A DNA stretch of 64,000 bases, taken from NCBI GenBank assembly GCA_964016885.1, contig OZ024750.1:52824001-52888000 (forward strand). The letters are read 5' to 3'. The notes below the pieces were generated by a model. The model was not told the DNA's origin. It searched no databases and worked only from the letters and a program-made list of their open reading frames with translations. The translations under genes were made by a program, and so were the position numbers. Source of the DNA: Eledone cirrhosa. Its lineage: Eukaryota. Of the stretch, positions 11,425-25,272 are shown in pieces; the stretch's first letter is position 1; each line of letters opens with the position of its first letter.

Positions 11425-11647
11425 GGTTTCTTATATAGGCACAAGGCCAGTCATTTTTTTTTTGGGGGGGGGGGGGTCGATTAAATCGACCTCAGTGCGT
11501 GACTGGTACTTTATTTTATCGACCCCGTAAGGATAAAAGGCAAAGTTAACCTCGACGAGATTTAAGCTCAGACCATAAAGAGCCGTAACTCTATGCTGCA
11601 AAGCATGGCGTCCGACCCTCTACCGATACTGCCAATCCACCGCCCTA
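11425..11647 (-). mobile_element. tRNA-derived SINE with Meta/MESC-like central domain
   Basis: Reverse complement of the family at 36601 (GGATTGGCAGTATCGGTAGAGGG..GAGGTTAACTTTGCCTTT..CCTTACGGGGTCGATAAAATAAAGTACCAG). The domain name is from recall and unverified. Confidence 0.8.
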
Positions 11648-11676
11648 CACAGTATTACTAATAATAATATACTGTT

Positions 11677-11982
11677 AGTGAAAGCACATGGCTTAGTGGT
11701 TAGAGCATTGGCCTTGCAATCGAAAGGTTGCGAGTTCAATTCTCAGACCGGGTGATGTGTTGTTTCCTTGAGCAAGACACTTTATTTCACATTGCTCCAG
11801 TTTACTCAGCTGTAGAAATGAGATGATAGGGTCTGGGGTCTCTATCATTCCACTGCAAAGTGGTCGTGGAGGTGCCACGGCAAAGAAGCACCCAGCACTC
11901 ACTGTAAATGAGGTTGGTGTTAGGAAGGGCATCCAGCTGTAGAAATCAAGCCAGAATCAGTTCCCGTCCCACCCTTGCAAGC
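11677..11982 (+). mobile_element. tRNA-derived SINE with RTE-derived 3' tail
   Basis: A box TGGCTTAGTGG, B box GAGTTCAATTC, central TTCCTTGAGCAAGACACTT, then the RTE 3' UTR motif GGTGTTAGGAAGGGCATCCAG. Confidence 0.85.
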
Positions 11983-12827
11983 CGACCCTACCCTAATTTT
12001 CTGTCTGAGAAATGAGCAAGTGTCCAAACCCCATTTATAAGCCGAAGCAGCTAATCAACACATTGTGTAGATGACGTATATAGGCCCCCTCCCCCATTTT
12101 CTGGTCACATATTTCTCAGTTTATATTCCAGTATATAACGGTATGTTCTAAATATGTAATATATGTGTAAAATATAGAAATGTAGAAAAAATATAGCAAT
12201 ACATTATCGTCACCATTTTACATACGTTTTATATGTTGAGATGGGTTGGATGAGTTGTCCAAGATGAGATGGGTCAGAGAAACCTCATCTTTATATGTTC
12301 TATATTTTGATATGGTTTCTACAGCTGGATGCCCTTCCTCACACCAACCACATTACAGAGTGTATTAGGTGCATTTTATCGAGGCAGAAACACTAAATAG
12401 TATTTCCTATTGTCTCCATTAACCAACCCTTTAAGAGAATGTACTGGGTGCATTTTATCATGGCCTGGCACAAGAGAGTTTGTCATACATTTGACCAGAC
12501 AGAAGAGTTCTCTTTACATTGTATCCATTTGATTGCTAACCACATTACAGAGTATAATGGGTGCTTTCAATCATAGCACCCTTGTTACACCCTATCCCTG
12601 CATGTCATAAGAGGCAACAAATAACACCAAGAAGGGAATGTGGCTGTTAAACACTGCTTCAAAAAGACCCTTGATGATTGTGACCCCTATCATGCAGCCT
12701 ACAAAGTTAACCCATTTTAACAGGGAAGGAAAATAGCTTTAAAATAAATGCTGTGGTATTTTATCTCTTCTAATGCACACACAACTTTTTTTTTGTATTT
12801 TTTTAGATCGATTAACAAGCTTCTAGG

Positions 12828-13702
12828 CCTCATTCACTTACCAGGTGGCATGTAGCGTGTCATTCACTTACCAAGTGGCATGTACCGTGTCATTCACTTA
12901 CCAAGTGACATGTAGCTTGTCATTCACTTACCAAGTGGCATGTAGCGTGTCATTCACTTACCAAGTGGCATGTAGCTTGTCATTCACTTACCAAGTGGCA
13001 TGTAGCGTGTCATTCACTTACCAAGTGGCATGTAGCGTGTCATTCACTTACCAAGTGGCATGTAGCTTGTCATTCACTTACCAAGTGGCATGTAGCTTGT
13101 CATTCACTTACCAAGTGGCATGTAGCTTGTCATTCACTAACCAAGTGGCATGTAGCTTGTCATTCACTAACCAAGTGGCATGTAGCTTGTCATTCACTTA
13201 CCAAGTGGCATGTAGCGTGTCATTCACTTACCAAGTGGCATGTAGCTTGTCATTCACTTACCAAGTGGCATGTAGCTTGTCATTCACTAACCAAGTGGCA
13301 TGTAGCTTGTCATTCACTTACCAAGTGGCATGTAGCTTGTCATTCACTTACCAAGTGGCATGTAGCTTGTCATTCACTTACCAAGTGGCATGTAGCTTGT
13401 CATTCACTTACCAAGTGGCATGTAGCGTGTCATTCACTTACCAAGTGGCATGTAGCTTGTCATTCACTTACCAAGTGGCATGTAGCGTGTCATTCACTTA
13501 CCAAGTGGCATGTAGCTTGTCATTCACTTACCAAGTGGCATGTAGCTTGTCATTCACTTACCAAGTGGCATGTAGCTTGTCATTCACTTACCAAGTGGCA
13601 TGTAGCTTGTCATTCACTTACCAAGTGGCATGTAGCTTGTCATTCACTTACCAAGTGGCATGTAGCTTGTCATTCACTTACCAAGTGGCATGTAGCTTGT
13701 CA
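12828..13702. repeat. 30-bp minisatellite (TCATTCACTTACCAAGTGGCATGTAGCTTG), ~29 copies
   Basis: Exact 30-bp periodicity with very homogeneous units. Confidence 0.98.
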
Positions 13703-14302
13703 AGTGAGACCAAGGAAACAATGTTTCCATTGCTTATACTATCTGCTGGTCGCAACTCTTGGCAGAAAGAGCAATGTCAAATAAAGTGTCTTGCATTGCC
13801 CAATCAAAGAATCAAATATACAACCTCACAATTGTGAATACAATTCTCTAGCCCCTAAGTCATGTGTCTTCACAAGATTGGTACCTTATTTTATTGACCC
13901 TCAAAAGAATAAAAGGTAAAATTTACCATGGCAGAATTTGAACTGAGAATGCAGAGAGTCAGACAAATACCAGAAAGTATTCTGTCCAATGGACTAACAT
14001 GTCTAGACTGGTACTTTAAGTCTAAAAGGACAAAAGGCAAAGCTGACAGGAGTTGAAATAAAGAGTGTAAAGAGCCAGTAGAAATACCACAAAGAATACT
14101 GTTCAATGTTCTAACATCTCTGCCAATTCCCTGGACAGAGCTGTAGAATACCATCCAAACCAATATTATCAAGAGGAAATAGATAGAAATTGCTAAAAGT
14201 AACTAAATTAGCCTTAGTTGTAATGTAAACAGATGTTTGGTATATGAAAATATATCAGGTGTAAGATATCAATTAATGAGATAAGGTGTTTATGTGTGTA
14301 TA

Positions 14303-14379
14303 CAGGGTGTCCCAAAAATGTATACACACTTTTATTAGAATGCTGTTGAAATGTGTATACATTTTTGGAGGACACCTTG
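14303..14379. mobile_element. 77-bp Tc1/mariner-type MITE
   Basis: TA|CAGGGTGTCCCAAAAATGTATACAC..TGTGTATACATTTTTGGAGGACACCTTG|TA: imperfect TIRs with a TA target duplication. Confidence 0.8.
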
Positions 14380-14844
14380 TATATATGTGGGTGTGGTGTG
14401 GGTGTGGTGTGGGTGTGTGTGTGTATGGATGTATCTAACTTGATAACTTAGTATAAAAACTTAGAATCTCCATTTAATACTTCCAGCTATTGGGTTCTGT
14501 CTGAGAGATAAAATTGGTCTGCTGGGTTATTTTCTGCTCTATACAGCTAGCCTGTTGGGGGATCAATGTTTTTTCAAGATGTGGATTTAAACATATAATG
14601 TAAAGATTCACATGGACCATGACCAAAATAGTTGAAGTGTGATCACCAATCCACAACCACCAGCACCAACATCACAATCCACCCCCAACACACCCACATC
14701 TTTATAAGAGATTGCAAAGCTGGATATGTTATGTTATATGAAGATTAGAAAGTCATTTCAGGAACAATGAAAGAGCCTTAACCCTTTCATTACCATATTA
14801 CTAAAAGATACTGCCTATGGCTTCGAAATAATTTTGAAAATAAT

Positions 14845-15200
14845 TCTTTCTAGCATTGGCACAAGGTCAGAAATTTTTGCAGGGAATGGGAAAGTCAATT
14901 ATATCGCCCAGTATTTAACTGGTACTTTATTGACACTGGAAGGATGAAAGATAAAGTAGTTGACCTCAGAGGGATTTGAAATCAGAACCACCTAATATTT
15001 TGTCTAACATTCTCCCAATACTGCCAATCCACCTCCCTACTATTTCTAATATTGAGACAAGACTAGCAATTTGAGGAGAAAGTCGATTAAATCAACCCAA
15101 GTACTTAACTAGTACTTTAACTTTGCAAGATTGAAAGGCAAAGTTCACCCCAGCTGCATTTGATCTGAGAATGTAAAGAACCAGAACTACTGCCAAACAC
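14845..15200 (-). mobile_element. Two tandem degenerate Meta-like SINE copies
   Basis: Two successive blocks resembling GGCACAAGG..GGTACTTTA..GAAAGGCAAAGT..ATTTGA, homologous to 11425-11647. Confidence 0.65.
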
Positions 15201-18200
15201 TGTCTAACATTCTACTGACTGTTAAACACTGTCTAACATTCTACTGACTGTTAAACACTGTCTAACATTCTACTGACTGTTAAACAGTCTAACATTCTAC
15301 TGACTGTTAAACATTGTCTAACATTCTACTGACTGTCAAACATTGTCTAACATTCTACTGACTGTTAAACATTGTCTAACATTCTACTGACTGACAAACA
15401 TTGTCTAACATTCTACTGACTGTTAAACATTGTCTAACATTCTACTGACTGTTAAACATTATCTAACATTCTACTGACTGTTAAACATTGTCTAACATTC
15501 TACTGACTGTTAAACAGTCTAACATTCTACTGACTGTTAAACATTGTCTAACATTCTAATGACTGTTAAACATTGTCTAACATTCTACTGACTGTTGAAC
15601 ATTGTCTAACATTCTAATGACTGTTAAACATTGTCTAACATTCTACTGACTGTTAAACACTGTCTAACATTCTACTGACTGTTAAACATTGTCTTACATT
15701 CTACGGACTGTTAAACACTGTCTTACATTCTACGGACTGTTAAACACTGTCGAACATTCTACTGACTGTTAAACATTGTCTAACATTCTACTGACTGTTA
15801 AACATTGTCTAACATTCTACTGACTGTTAAACATTGTCTAACATTCTACTGACTGTTAAACATTGTCTAACATTCTACTGACTGTTAATCATTGTCTAAC
15901 ATTCTACTGACTGTTAAACAGTCTAACATTCTACTGACTGTTAAACATTGTCTAACATTCTACTGACTGTTAAACACTGTCTAACATTCTACTGACTGTT
16001 AAACATTGTCTAACATTCTACTGACTGTTAAACATTGTCTAACATTCTACTGACTGTTAAACACTGTCTAACATTCTACTGACTGTCAAACATTGTCTAA
16101 CATTCTAATGACTGTTAAACATTGTCTAACATTCTAATGACTGTTAAACATTGTCTAACATTCTACTGACTGTTAAACACTGTCTAACATTCTACTGACT
16201 GTTAAACATTGTCTAACATTCTACTGACTGTTAAACATTGTCTAACATTCTACTGACTGTTAAACATTGTCTAACATTCTACTGACTGTTAATCATTGTC
16301 TAACATTCTACTGACTGTTAAACAGTCTAACATTCTACTGACTGTTAAACATTGTCTAACATTCTACTGACTGTTAAACACTGTCTAACATTCTACTGAC
16401 TGTTAAACATTGTCTAACATTCTACTGACTGTTAAACACTGTCTAACATTCTACTGACTGTCAAACATTGTCTAACATTCTAATGACTGTTAAACATTGT
16501 CTAACATTCTAATGACTGTTAAACATTGTCTAACATTCTACTGACTGTTAAACACTGTCTAACATTCTACTGACTGTTAAACATTGTCTAACATTCTACT
16601 GACTGTCAAACATTGTGACATTCTACTGACTGTTAAACATTGTCTAACATTCTACTGACTGTTAAACACTGTCTAACATTCTACTGACTTAAACATTGTC
16701 TAACATTCTACTGACTGTTAAACATTGTCTAACATTCTACTGACTGTTAAACACTGTCTAACAGTCTACTGACTGTTGAAAATTGTCTAACATTCTAATG
16801 ACTGTTAAACATTGTCTAACATTCTACTGACTGTTAAACACTGTCTAACATTCTACTGACTGTTAAACATTGTCTAACATTCTACTGACTGTTAAACATT
16901 GTCTAACATTCTACTGACTGTTAAACATTGTCTAACATTCTACTGACTGTTGAACATTGTCTAACATTCTACTGACTGACAAACATTGTCTAACATTCTA
17001 CTGACTGTTAAACATTGTCTAACATTCTACTGACTGTTAAACATTATCTAACATTCTACTGACTGTTAAACATTGTCTAACATTCTAATGACTGTTAAAC
17101 ATTGTCTAACATTCTACTGACTGTTGAACATTGTCTAACATTCTAATGACTGTTAAACATTGTCTAACATTCTACTGACTGTTAAACACTGTCTAACATT
17201 CTACTGACTGTTAAACATTGTCTTACATTCTACGGACTGTTAAACACTGTCGAACATTCTACTGACTGTTAAACAGTCTAACATTCTACTGACTGTTAAA
17301 CATTGTCTAACATTCTACTGACTGTTAAACAGTCTAACATTCTACTGACTGTTAAACATTGTCTAACATTCTACTGACTGTTAAACACTGTCTAACATTC
17401 TACTGACTGTTAATCATTGTCTAACATTCTACTGACTGTTAAACAGTCTAACATTCTACTGACTGTTAAACATTGTCTAACATTCTACTGACTGTTAAAC
17501 AGTCTAACATTCTACTGACTGTTAAACATTGTCTAACATTCTACTGACTGTTAAACACTGTCTAACATTCTACTGACTGTCAAACATTGTCTAACATTCT
17601 AATGACTGTTAAACATTGTCTAACATTCTACTGACTGTTAAACACTGTCTAACATTCTACTGACTGTTAAACATTGTCTAACATTCTACTGACTGTCAAA
17701 CATTGTGACTGTTAAACATTGTCTAACATTCTACTGACTGTTAAACACTGTCTAACATTCTACTGACTGTCAAACATTGTCTAACATTCTAATGACTGTT
17801 AAACATTGTCTAACATTCTACTGACTGTTAAACACTGTCTAACATTCTACTGACTGTTAAACATTGTCTAACATTCTACTGACTGTCAAACATTGTGACA
17901 TTCTACTGAATGTTAAACATTGTCTAACATTCTACTGACTGTTAAACACTGTCTAACATTCTACTGACTTAAACATTGTCTAACATTCTACTGACTGTTA
18001 AACATTGTCTAACATTCTACTGACTGTTAAACACTGTCTAACATTCTACTGACTGTTGAAAATTGTCTAACATTCTAATGACTGTTAAACATTGTCTAAC
18101 ATTCTACTGACTGTTAAACACTGTCTAACATTCTACTGACTGTTAAACATTGTCTAACATTCTACTGACTGTTAAACATTGTCTAACATTCTACTGACTG

Positions 18201-18865
18201 TTAAACATTGTCTAACATTCTACTGACTGTTGAACATTGTCTTACATTCTACTGACTGTTAAACACTGTCTAACATTCTACTGACTGTTAAACATTGTCT
18301 AACATTCTAATGACTGTTAAACATTGTCTAACATTCTACTGACTGTTAAACATTGTCTAACAATCTACTGACTGTTGAACATTGTCTTACATTCTACTGA
18401 CTGTTAAACATTGTCTAACATTCTAATGACTGCTAAACACTGTCTAACATTCTAATAACTGTTAAACATCGTCTAACATTCTAATGACTGCTAAACACTG
18501 TCTAACAATCTACTGACTGTTAAACATTGTCTAACAATCTACTGACTGTTGAACATTGTCTAACAATCTACTGACTGTTGAACATTGTCTTACATTCTAC
18601 TGACTGTTAAACATTGTCTAACATTCTACTGACTGTTAAACATTGTCTAACATTCTACTGACTGTTAAACATTGTCTAACATTCTAATAACTGTTAAACA
18701 TTGTCTAACATTCTAATGACTGCTAAACACTGTCTAACATTCTACTGACTGTTAAACACTGTCTAACATTCTACTGACTGTTAAACAGTCTAACATTCTA
18801 CTGACTGTTAAACACTGTCTAACATTCTACTGACTGTTAAATATTGTCTGACATTCTACTGACTC
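15195..18865. repeat. 29-bp satellite (CTGTTAAACATTGTCTAACATTCTACTGA), ~125 copies
   Basis: Tandem periodicity, with variant landmarks recurring at 1280-bp spacing (16601/17881 and 16771/18051). Confidence 0.98.
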
Positions 18866-18889
18866 TACTAATCAATCAGCATAATAAAC

Positions 18890-20660
18890 AATCATCATCT
18901 TCGTTTAACGTCCATTTTCGACGCTAACATGGGTTAGACGGGAGTTGTCCCAATTTGAGTCAAGGTTGGTCGAGTGACCGTGTCTCGCTCATATAGGACT
19001 ATCTGGCAGGTTTTCTACGGTTGGATGCCCTTCCTAACACCATTTACAGTGAGGAACTGGGAACTTTTTACCGTGTTACCTACACGGCCACATTACGTGG
19101 ACTGTGTGTTTTTTGTTGTGACACCTACACAATCTCGATCTCATTATCTCATTTATTTGGACTGGATGTTGTGGTACCATCTTTACAGAGAGAGGGTGGT
19201 GTTGGTGGGAGTGGGAGGATAGGGTAGGGGTAGTGGATTGGGGGTGTATATTTGATTAAGAGGTGCCTACTGACTGTAGGTTTCGCTTTGTACATAGGCA
19301 AGGCGGGTCTTCTGTATTACAGCGTAGCGCCAAAGATCTCGGTCCAGTGACATTGTCTTAGAGAGGTGCAAGTGTGTAAGGTCGGAATTTATTAGATCGT
19401 CCCAGGTTTTTCTGGGTCTACCTACTCCGTAACTACCATCAATTTTGATCGCCTGCACTTTTTTATACAGCTGTCGTCTTTCATGTGCATCACGTGGTCA
19501 TACCAACATAGTCTTCTCAAAAGTAAACAGCATCTGATCCCTCTTATTCCTAATTTCTTACTTAGTTCATTTATGCTTTGCCGTTCACGTATATTACTAT
19601 TACACATCCAACGGAGCATGCATGCTTAGTTCCTTTCCAGTCTGCGCAGGTCCTCTGCACATAATGCCCATGTCTCACTGCCATCTAGCATTGCTGTTCG
19701 TATGCAGGCATCATACAATCTGCCTTTCATTTTTAGAGAGACACCTTTTGTGGCCAACAGCGGTATAAGCTCTCTGAACTTTTTCCATCCCATTCTGACT
19801 GGCTACTGTACTTTCAGAACACCCTCCTCCACTGCTGATTTCGTCACCCAGGTAACGGAAAGTGTCTACTATTTCTATAGAACCATCTGGGCAATAGAAG
19901 GAGCTAGTATCCTGTGGACACTTGCTACTTATTGCACCTGAGCATCGGCCACATATAAAGTCTACGTTCTTAGATAGTTTACCTGTGATCCCACTACATC
20001 TTTTATGTACCCATACTTTGCATTTGGGACATAAAATGGAATTTCTGCCTACTCCTTTCCTACATATTGAGCATTGCCATTTCCCTGAGGGCACCTGTGC
20101 CCTATTTTCCTTTAGACAAGTTAACTTTAAGGCCTTTTGATTATAGGCCATGCTTCATGTTTCAAATTTCTTCTCTAGTTCAGCCATTGATTCAGCTATG
20201 AGCGTTAGATCATCTGCGTATAAGAGTTCCCATGGGCAGCCGGTCTTGAACTCCTCTGTTATAGCCTGAAGGACAATAATAAATAGTAGGGGGCTAAGAA
20301 CGGAGCCCTGATGAACACCAACTTTTACGCTAAACTCTTCACTATATTCGTTGTTAATTCTAACCTTGCTGACTGTTTCATTATACATAGCTTGTATAGC
20401 TCTCACAAGCCATTCATCAACACCTAGTTTTCTAAGCGCCCACCAGATAATGGAGCGGGGGACTCTGTCAAAGGCTTTCTCCAGGTCTACAAAAGCTAAG
20501 TAGAGGGGTTTACTTTTAGCTAGGTACTTCTCTTGTAGTTGTCGTACAAGGAAAAGAGCGTCTGTGGTACTTTTACCTGACACAAACCCAAACTGCATTT
20601 CATCTAGATCAATTCGTTCTCTGATTAGTTGCCCTATAACTCTTTCTGTGACCTTCATGG
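18890..20660 (-). mobile_element. RTE LINE (PHD-finger family), 5'-truncated
   Basis: ORFs 20155-20676 (FVDLEKAFDRVP, PWELLYADDL), 19711-20151 (finger) and 19422-19619, plus 3' UTR and tail. Closely similar to 1-1841. Confidence 0.93.
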
Positions 20661-20852
20661 TTTCTGATTTAGACACAAGGCCAACAATTTTGAGGGAGGG
20701 GAAAGTTGATTAAATCAAACCCAGTGCATTACTGGTACTTTATTTTATTGACCTTGAAATGATGACATGCAAAGCTAACCTTGGTGTGATTTGAACTCAA
20801 AACATAAAGAGCCGCAATTGTATGCTGTGAAGCATGATGTCCAACACTCTAC
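20660..20852 (-). mobile_element. Meta-like SINE copy
   Basis: GACACAAGGCCAACAATTTT..CTGGTACTTTATTTTATTGACC..ATTTGAACTCA. Confidence 0.7.
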
Positions 20853-21264
20853 ATAAAATACCTGTATACAACACAGCAGCCAAGTATGGCAGTATAATTA
20901 AATAAGCATGTATAGTTTCATTAATTTTAATACCTAATTAATACCAACGTCGATTGTTTTCTTAAAAATGTTTTCTTTGAAATAAGGGCTTTGAAATAGA
21001 AGTTGATAAATAATACGCATAATTTGTGTAGCAATTCACAACTAATGGTAATGAACAGATGACCAGTGGGTATTTAATAACAGCAAGTGCTTTTCCTGTC
21101 TTTCCATTAACTCATAAGATTCATGACCTGTCCAGTCTCTGCAGGACTAACTTGGACTAAGATGACCTCTCCAGTCTCTGCGAGAACTTGGACTAAGATG
21201 ACCTGTCCAGTCTCTGCCGGTGTAGAAATTAGACGTAAAAGGCTGAATCTTATCTGTCACTTCA

Positions 21265-22635
21265 ATCATCATCATCATCATCATTTTACGTCCGCTTTTC
21301 CCTGCTTGCAAGTGTGGGACAGGTCCTTTTCAGCACAGAATCTCTCCATTCGTCACGGTCTTTCGTCATCTTCTCTGTGAGCTTCAGCGATCTGAGGTCA
21401 GCTCTCACTACCTCCGCCCATGTTTTTCGTGGTCTTCCTCTACTGCGTCTTCCTTTTACTGGGATTTCTTGGCACTTCTTTACCCAGCGGTCATTATCCA
21501 TGCACATCACATGTCCATACCATCGCAGTTCTCTCCCGCACACTACTCTTATACACAGTTTCTCTCTCAACTCGTCTATGCTTGGTTGTTCACACACATT
21601 GACATTGCACATCCATCAGAGCATGCTTGCTTCATTTCTCTCCAGCCGTCGCATTTCCTCTGCAGTTGCTGCTCATGTCTCACTACCATGCAGCATATAA
21701 CCGGCCTTTCGTTCGTAGGGAGAAACCCTTGTTTGTCAGCAGAGGAAGCAGCTCCCTAAACTTCTTCCAACCCATCCTTATACTACGGCCTCGGAGCACC
21801 CTCCCCCCTGGTTAATCTGATCACCTAGGTATCGGAAGCTATCAACCATCAATATAGATCCTACCCGCATTTGAAAAAGGTGTCTATCAATGTGACTTCT
21901 GTCAAATTTCATTGAACATCTACTGCATATGTAGTTTTCCCTACCTGCTAATTTGCCTGCTATCCCACTAGTCCTCTTGTGTACCCAAGATCTGCATTGA
22001 GTACATTCTATAGAGTTTATGCCAACTCCTTTTCTACATATTGAACATGGTCATTTCCCTGACGGAATCAGAGTTTTGTCCTCTTTTCTACTTATAAACA
22101 CTTTAGTCTTAGCTAGGTTCACTCTCAGTCCTCTTGATTCCAACTGTTGTTTCCATAGCAGGAATTTATTTTCTAGCTCCTTTACTGATTCAGTTATAAG
22201 TACCAGATCGTCAGCATAGAGAAGTTCCCATGGACAGCCAGTCTTAAACTCCTCTGTTATGGCTTGGAGGACTATAGTGAACAAGAGCGGGCTGAGGACC
22301 AAACCTTGATGTACTCCTACTTGTATCTGGAATTCCTCACTAAACTCCATTCCTACCCTCACTTTACTGACAGCACCTCTGTACATAGCTTGTACTGTCC
22401 TCACAAGCCATTCCTCAACACCTAGCTTCCTTAGGGACCACCAGATGACAGATCGGGGTACCCTATCAAAGGCCTTCTCTAGATCAACAAAAGCTAAGTA
22501 TAGTGGCTTATTCTTCTCTAAGAACCTCTCTTGTAGTTGTCTCACCAAGAAGAGGGCATCTGTTGTACTTTTCCCAGGCACAAAACCAAACTGCATCTCA
22601 TCTAATTTGACCCTTTCTCTAATTAGTTGTGGTAA
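21265..22635 (-). mobile_element. RTE LINE, 5'-truncated (same subfamily as 7440-8808)
   Basis: ORF 22051-22638 is the RT core (FVDLEKAFDRVP, PWELLYADDL). ORF 21286-21612 is the C-terminus ending ASREKRT. (CAT)n tail. Confidence 0.92.
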
Positions 22636-22697
22636 CATTCAATGTTTCTACAAAACTGACCACCAATATAGATCAAACAGTAGCTGTTAGGTAACAA

Positions 22698-23012
22698 TAC
22701 AGGCATGGCTGTATGATTAAAGACTTTGCTTTGCAACCACATGAATTCAGGTTGTCATACTTTGTGGTACCTTGGACATATACCTTCTATTATACCTTCA
22801 GGTTGACCAATGCCATGTCAGTAAAATTTGGTAGATGGAAAATGTATAGAAGCCAGTTATATATGTGTTCGTGTTTATGCCCCATAACGTAGCAGTTCAG
22901 CAAAAAGAGATTGATAAAATAAGTACTAAACTTGAAAAACAAATATGTACAAGGGTTGATATGACCAACTGAATCTTTTCAAAATGGTGCCTGAACATGG
23001 CCGCAGTCTAAT
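22698..23012 (+). mobile_element. Degenerate Octopus-type tRNA SINE
   Basis: GGCATGGCTGTATGATTAAAG..TTGCAACCACATG..CCTTGGACA..GACCAATGCC..ATTTGGTAGATGGAAA resembles an abundant octopus SINE (recalled, not searched). Confidence 0.6.
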
Positions 23013-23133
23013 GAAAGACAGACAGCCCCGTCTCTTCAGTAAAACTCAGGAAATCACTACAGTTCTGGTATTAAAGTCGATACCAGTTATTTCAGTGCAC
23101 ATTAGGACATAACAAAACAGGTAGAGACATGTT

Positions 23134-23418
23134 AGAGACCAGGTGATGTGTTGTTTCCTTGAGCAAGGCACTTCATTTCACATTGCTCCAGTTTACTCAG
23201 CTGTAAAAATGAGATGATAGGGACTCCAGTCCCTATCATTCCACTGCAAAGTGGTCGTGGAGGTGCCACGACAAAAAAGCACCCAGCACTCACTGTAAAT
23301 GAGGTTGGTGTTAGGAAGGGCATCCAGCTGCAGAAATCAAGCCAGAATCAGTTCCCGTCCCACCCTTGCAAGCAGGGAAAAAGCGGATGTAAAATGAAAT
23401 GATGAATAATGATGATGA
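23134..23418 (+). mobile_element. 5'-truncated SINE with RTE tail (family of 11677)
   Basis: Near-identical to 11745-11982, ending in an (ATG)n tail. Confidence 0.85.
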
Positions 23419-24164
23419 TATATATGTGTGTATATATATATATGACTCTCTCTCTCTGTATGTCTGCCTTTAAGACCATTTTCTCGAAAGAAGAGACACC
23501 ATAACGTGGAAACCTTTTTAAAACAATGTTTCACAGCCTGAGGTCCTTCTGGCACCAACCCTTTTAGCCAACTCTTATGACATACGGTTTGGCTATTGTC
23601 TATCCAATTCATCTGTGGTTGTTGCAGCTCACACATATCGAGGTTTAGCTGGCCTCCTACAAAGTTGCATCTCATATGATGTTTACTATGTGCTTTAATG
23701 ATAAGGCCCCCAGTCCTTTCATGAAAAGTCTGTTGCAGGATTTAACCCCTAGTTGCTAGTATTCATTTTCTTTATCAGCTGAGTGGACTATAGCGACATA
23801 AAATGAAGTGCCTTGCTCAAGGACACAACATGCTGCTTGTTACAAGAATCAAACCCACATTCCAAGATTGTAAGTCCAACACCCTAACCACTAGATCACA
23901 CACCTTCTATGACAGTATGGACAAATAAATCTAATAGAGTAAGAAAAAATATATAAAATGAAGGTGATTAGAAAGAGGGATGGGGGAGAAGGGAGAAAGA
24001 TATGAATTTCTAGTGACACTGTATGTCATGTCCAATTTGAGAAAGAAAAGCTAAGATTTATTATGGCTGAGGTAAAGTGTCACATGACACATCTAATGGA
24101 AGGATGCTGGAGAGGGAGAAACGCAGAGAAAGAACACAATGTTTAAGACTTTACAAATACACAC

Positions 24165-24452
24165 ATATATACATACGTAATGACATATACATACGTAATG
24201 ATATATATACATACGTAATGACATATAGATACATACGTAATGACATATAGATACATACGTAATGACATATACATACGTAATGACATATATATACATACAT
24301 AATGACATAGATACATACGTAATGACATATATACACATACGTAATGACATATATATACATACGTAATGACATATATACACATATGTAATGACATATATAC
24401 ACATACATAATGACATATATATATATACATACGTAATGACATATATATACAT
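24165..24452. repeat. Irregular ~18-24 bp tandem repeat ACATACGTAATGACATAT(AT)n
   Basis: About 13 visible copies of (C)GTAATGA(C)ATAT separated by variable (AT)/(AC) runs. Confidence 0.85.
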
Positions 24453-24537
24453 CACATGAATGCATTTATGTAAAGACTGTATATGCATATATGTGTGTAT
24501 TTATGTCATTACATCTGTATGTGTGTGCATGCATACA

Positions 24538-24594
<57 letters not shown>

Positions 24595-24984
24595 ATCACA
24601 TCTTTATATATATACACACATACATCACATCTTTATATATATACACACATACATCACATCTTTATATATATAATCCTGATTTTGAAATAAACATTGGTTT
24701 GATACTATTTCCAGCAAAGTTCAGTAGGCAACAATCTTATTACTCTCACTCTTTATAAATATATGTGTGAGTGTGTGAGAGTGTGTGTGTGAGAGTGTGT
24801 GTGTGTGTGTGTAAATGTGGACTGTAAAAGGTTATATGTGTATATATACACACACACACACACTCCTTGTATAATGCATAAAACACTATACATATTCATA
24901 CACAAAAAGTTAATATTGTAAAAATAAGTGTGTGAGTGCACATATACATTATAGACTATATATATAGAGTTTTTTAAAATCTTA

Positions 24985-25272
24985 TTAATAAGATCAGTAA
25001 GAGGGTATCCAACCTCTCTTCTAGCAAAGCCATCTTTGACAGGGCAGCACCTTACAACCACTCAACACTAAGCAACAGCTTAGAGACGTGAGGTTCACAC
25101 CACCATTTGCCCTTAATGTGAAGACCAATGTAGATAGAACATTCCTAGCGCCTCTAGATCTTCACTTCCCTGTAGGCCATAAATACCGACAGATATTCAA
25201 ACGCCATACAGTGAAAACAGGCCACCAGTGTACCAGTAACATCTCATATCACTGGCAGAAGGTGATAGACAT
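24985..25272 (+). mobile_element. Penelope-like element fragment A (post-RT linker)
   Basis: ISKRVSNLSSSKAIFDRAAP and FTPPFALNVKTNVDRTFL..LDLHFPVGHKYRQIFKRHTVK resemble the PLE linker motif (WFNPPF..KHFP..IFNRNTVK). Confidence 0.7.

Noticed and set aside
11677-11755. tRNA gene-like sequence (also ~32865, ~34830 minus, ~56920)
   Set aside because: A/B boxes are present but there is no complete acceptor stem and the sequence continues into SINE body or unrelated sequence, so these are SINE heads.
12845-13837. 330-aa ORF (VACSLSFTYQ)n
   Set aside because: It is a translation of a stop-free 30-bp minisatellite running into SINE remnants, with no gene context.
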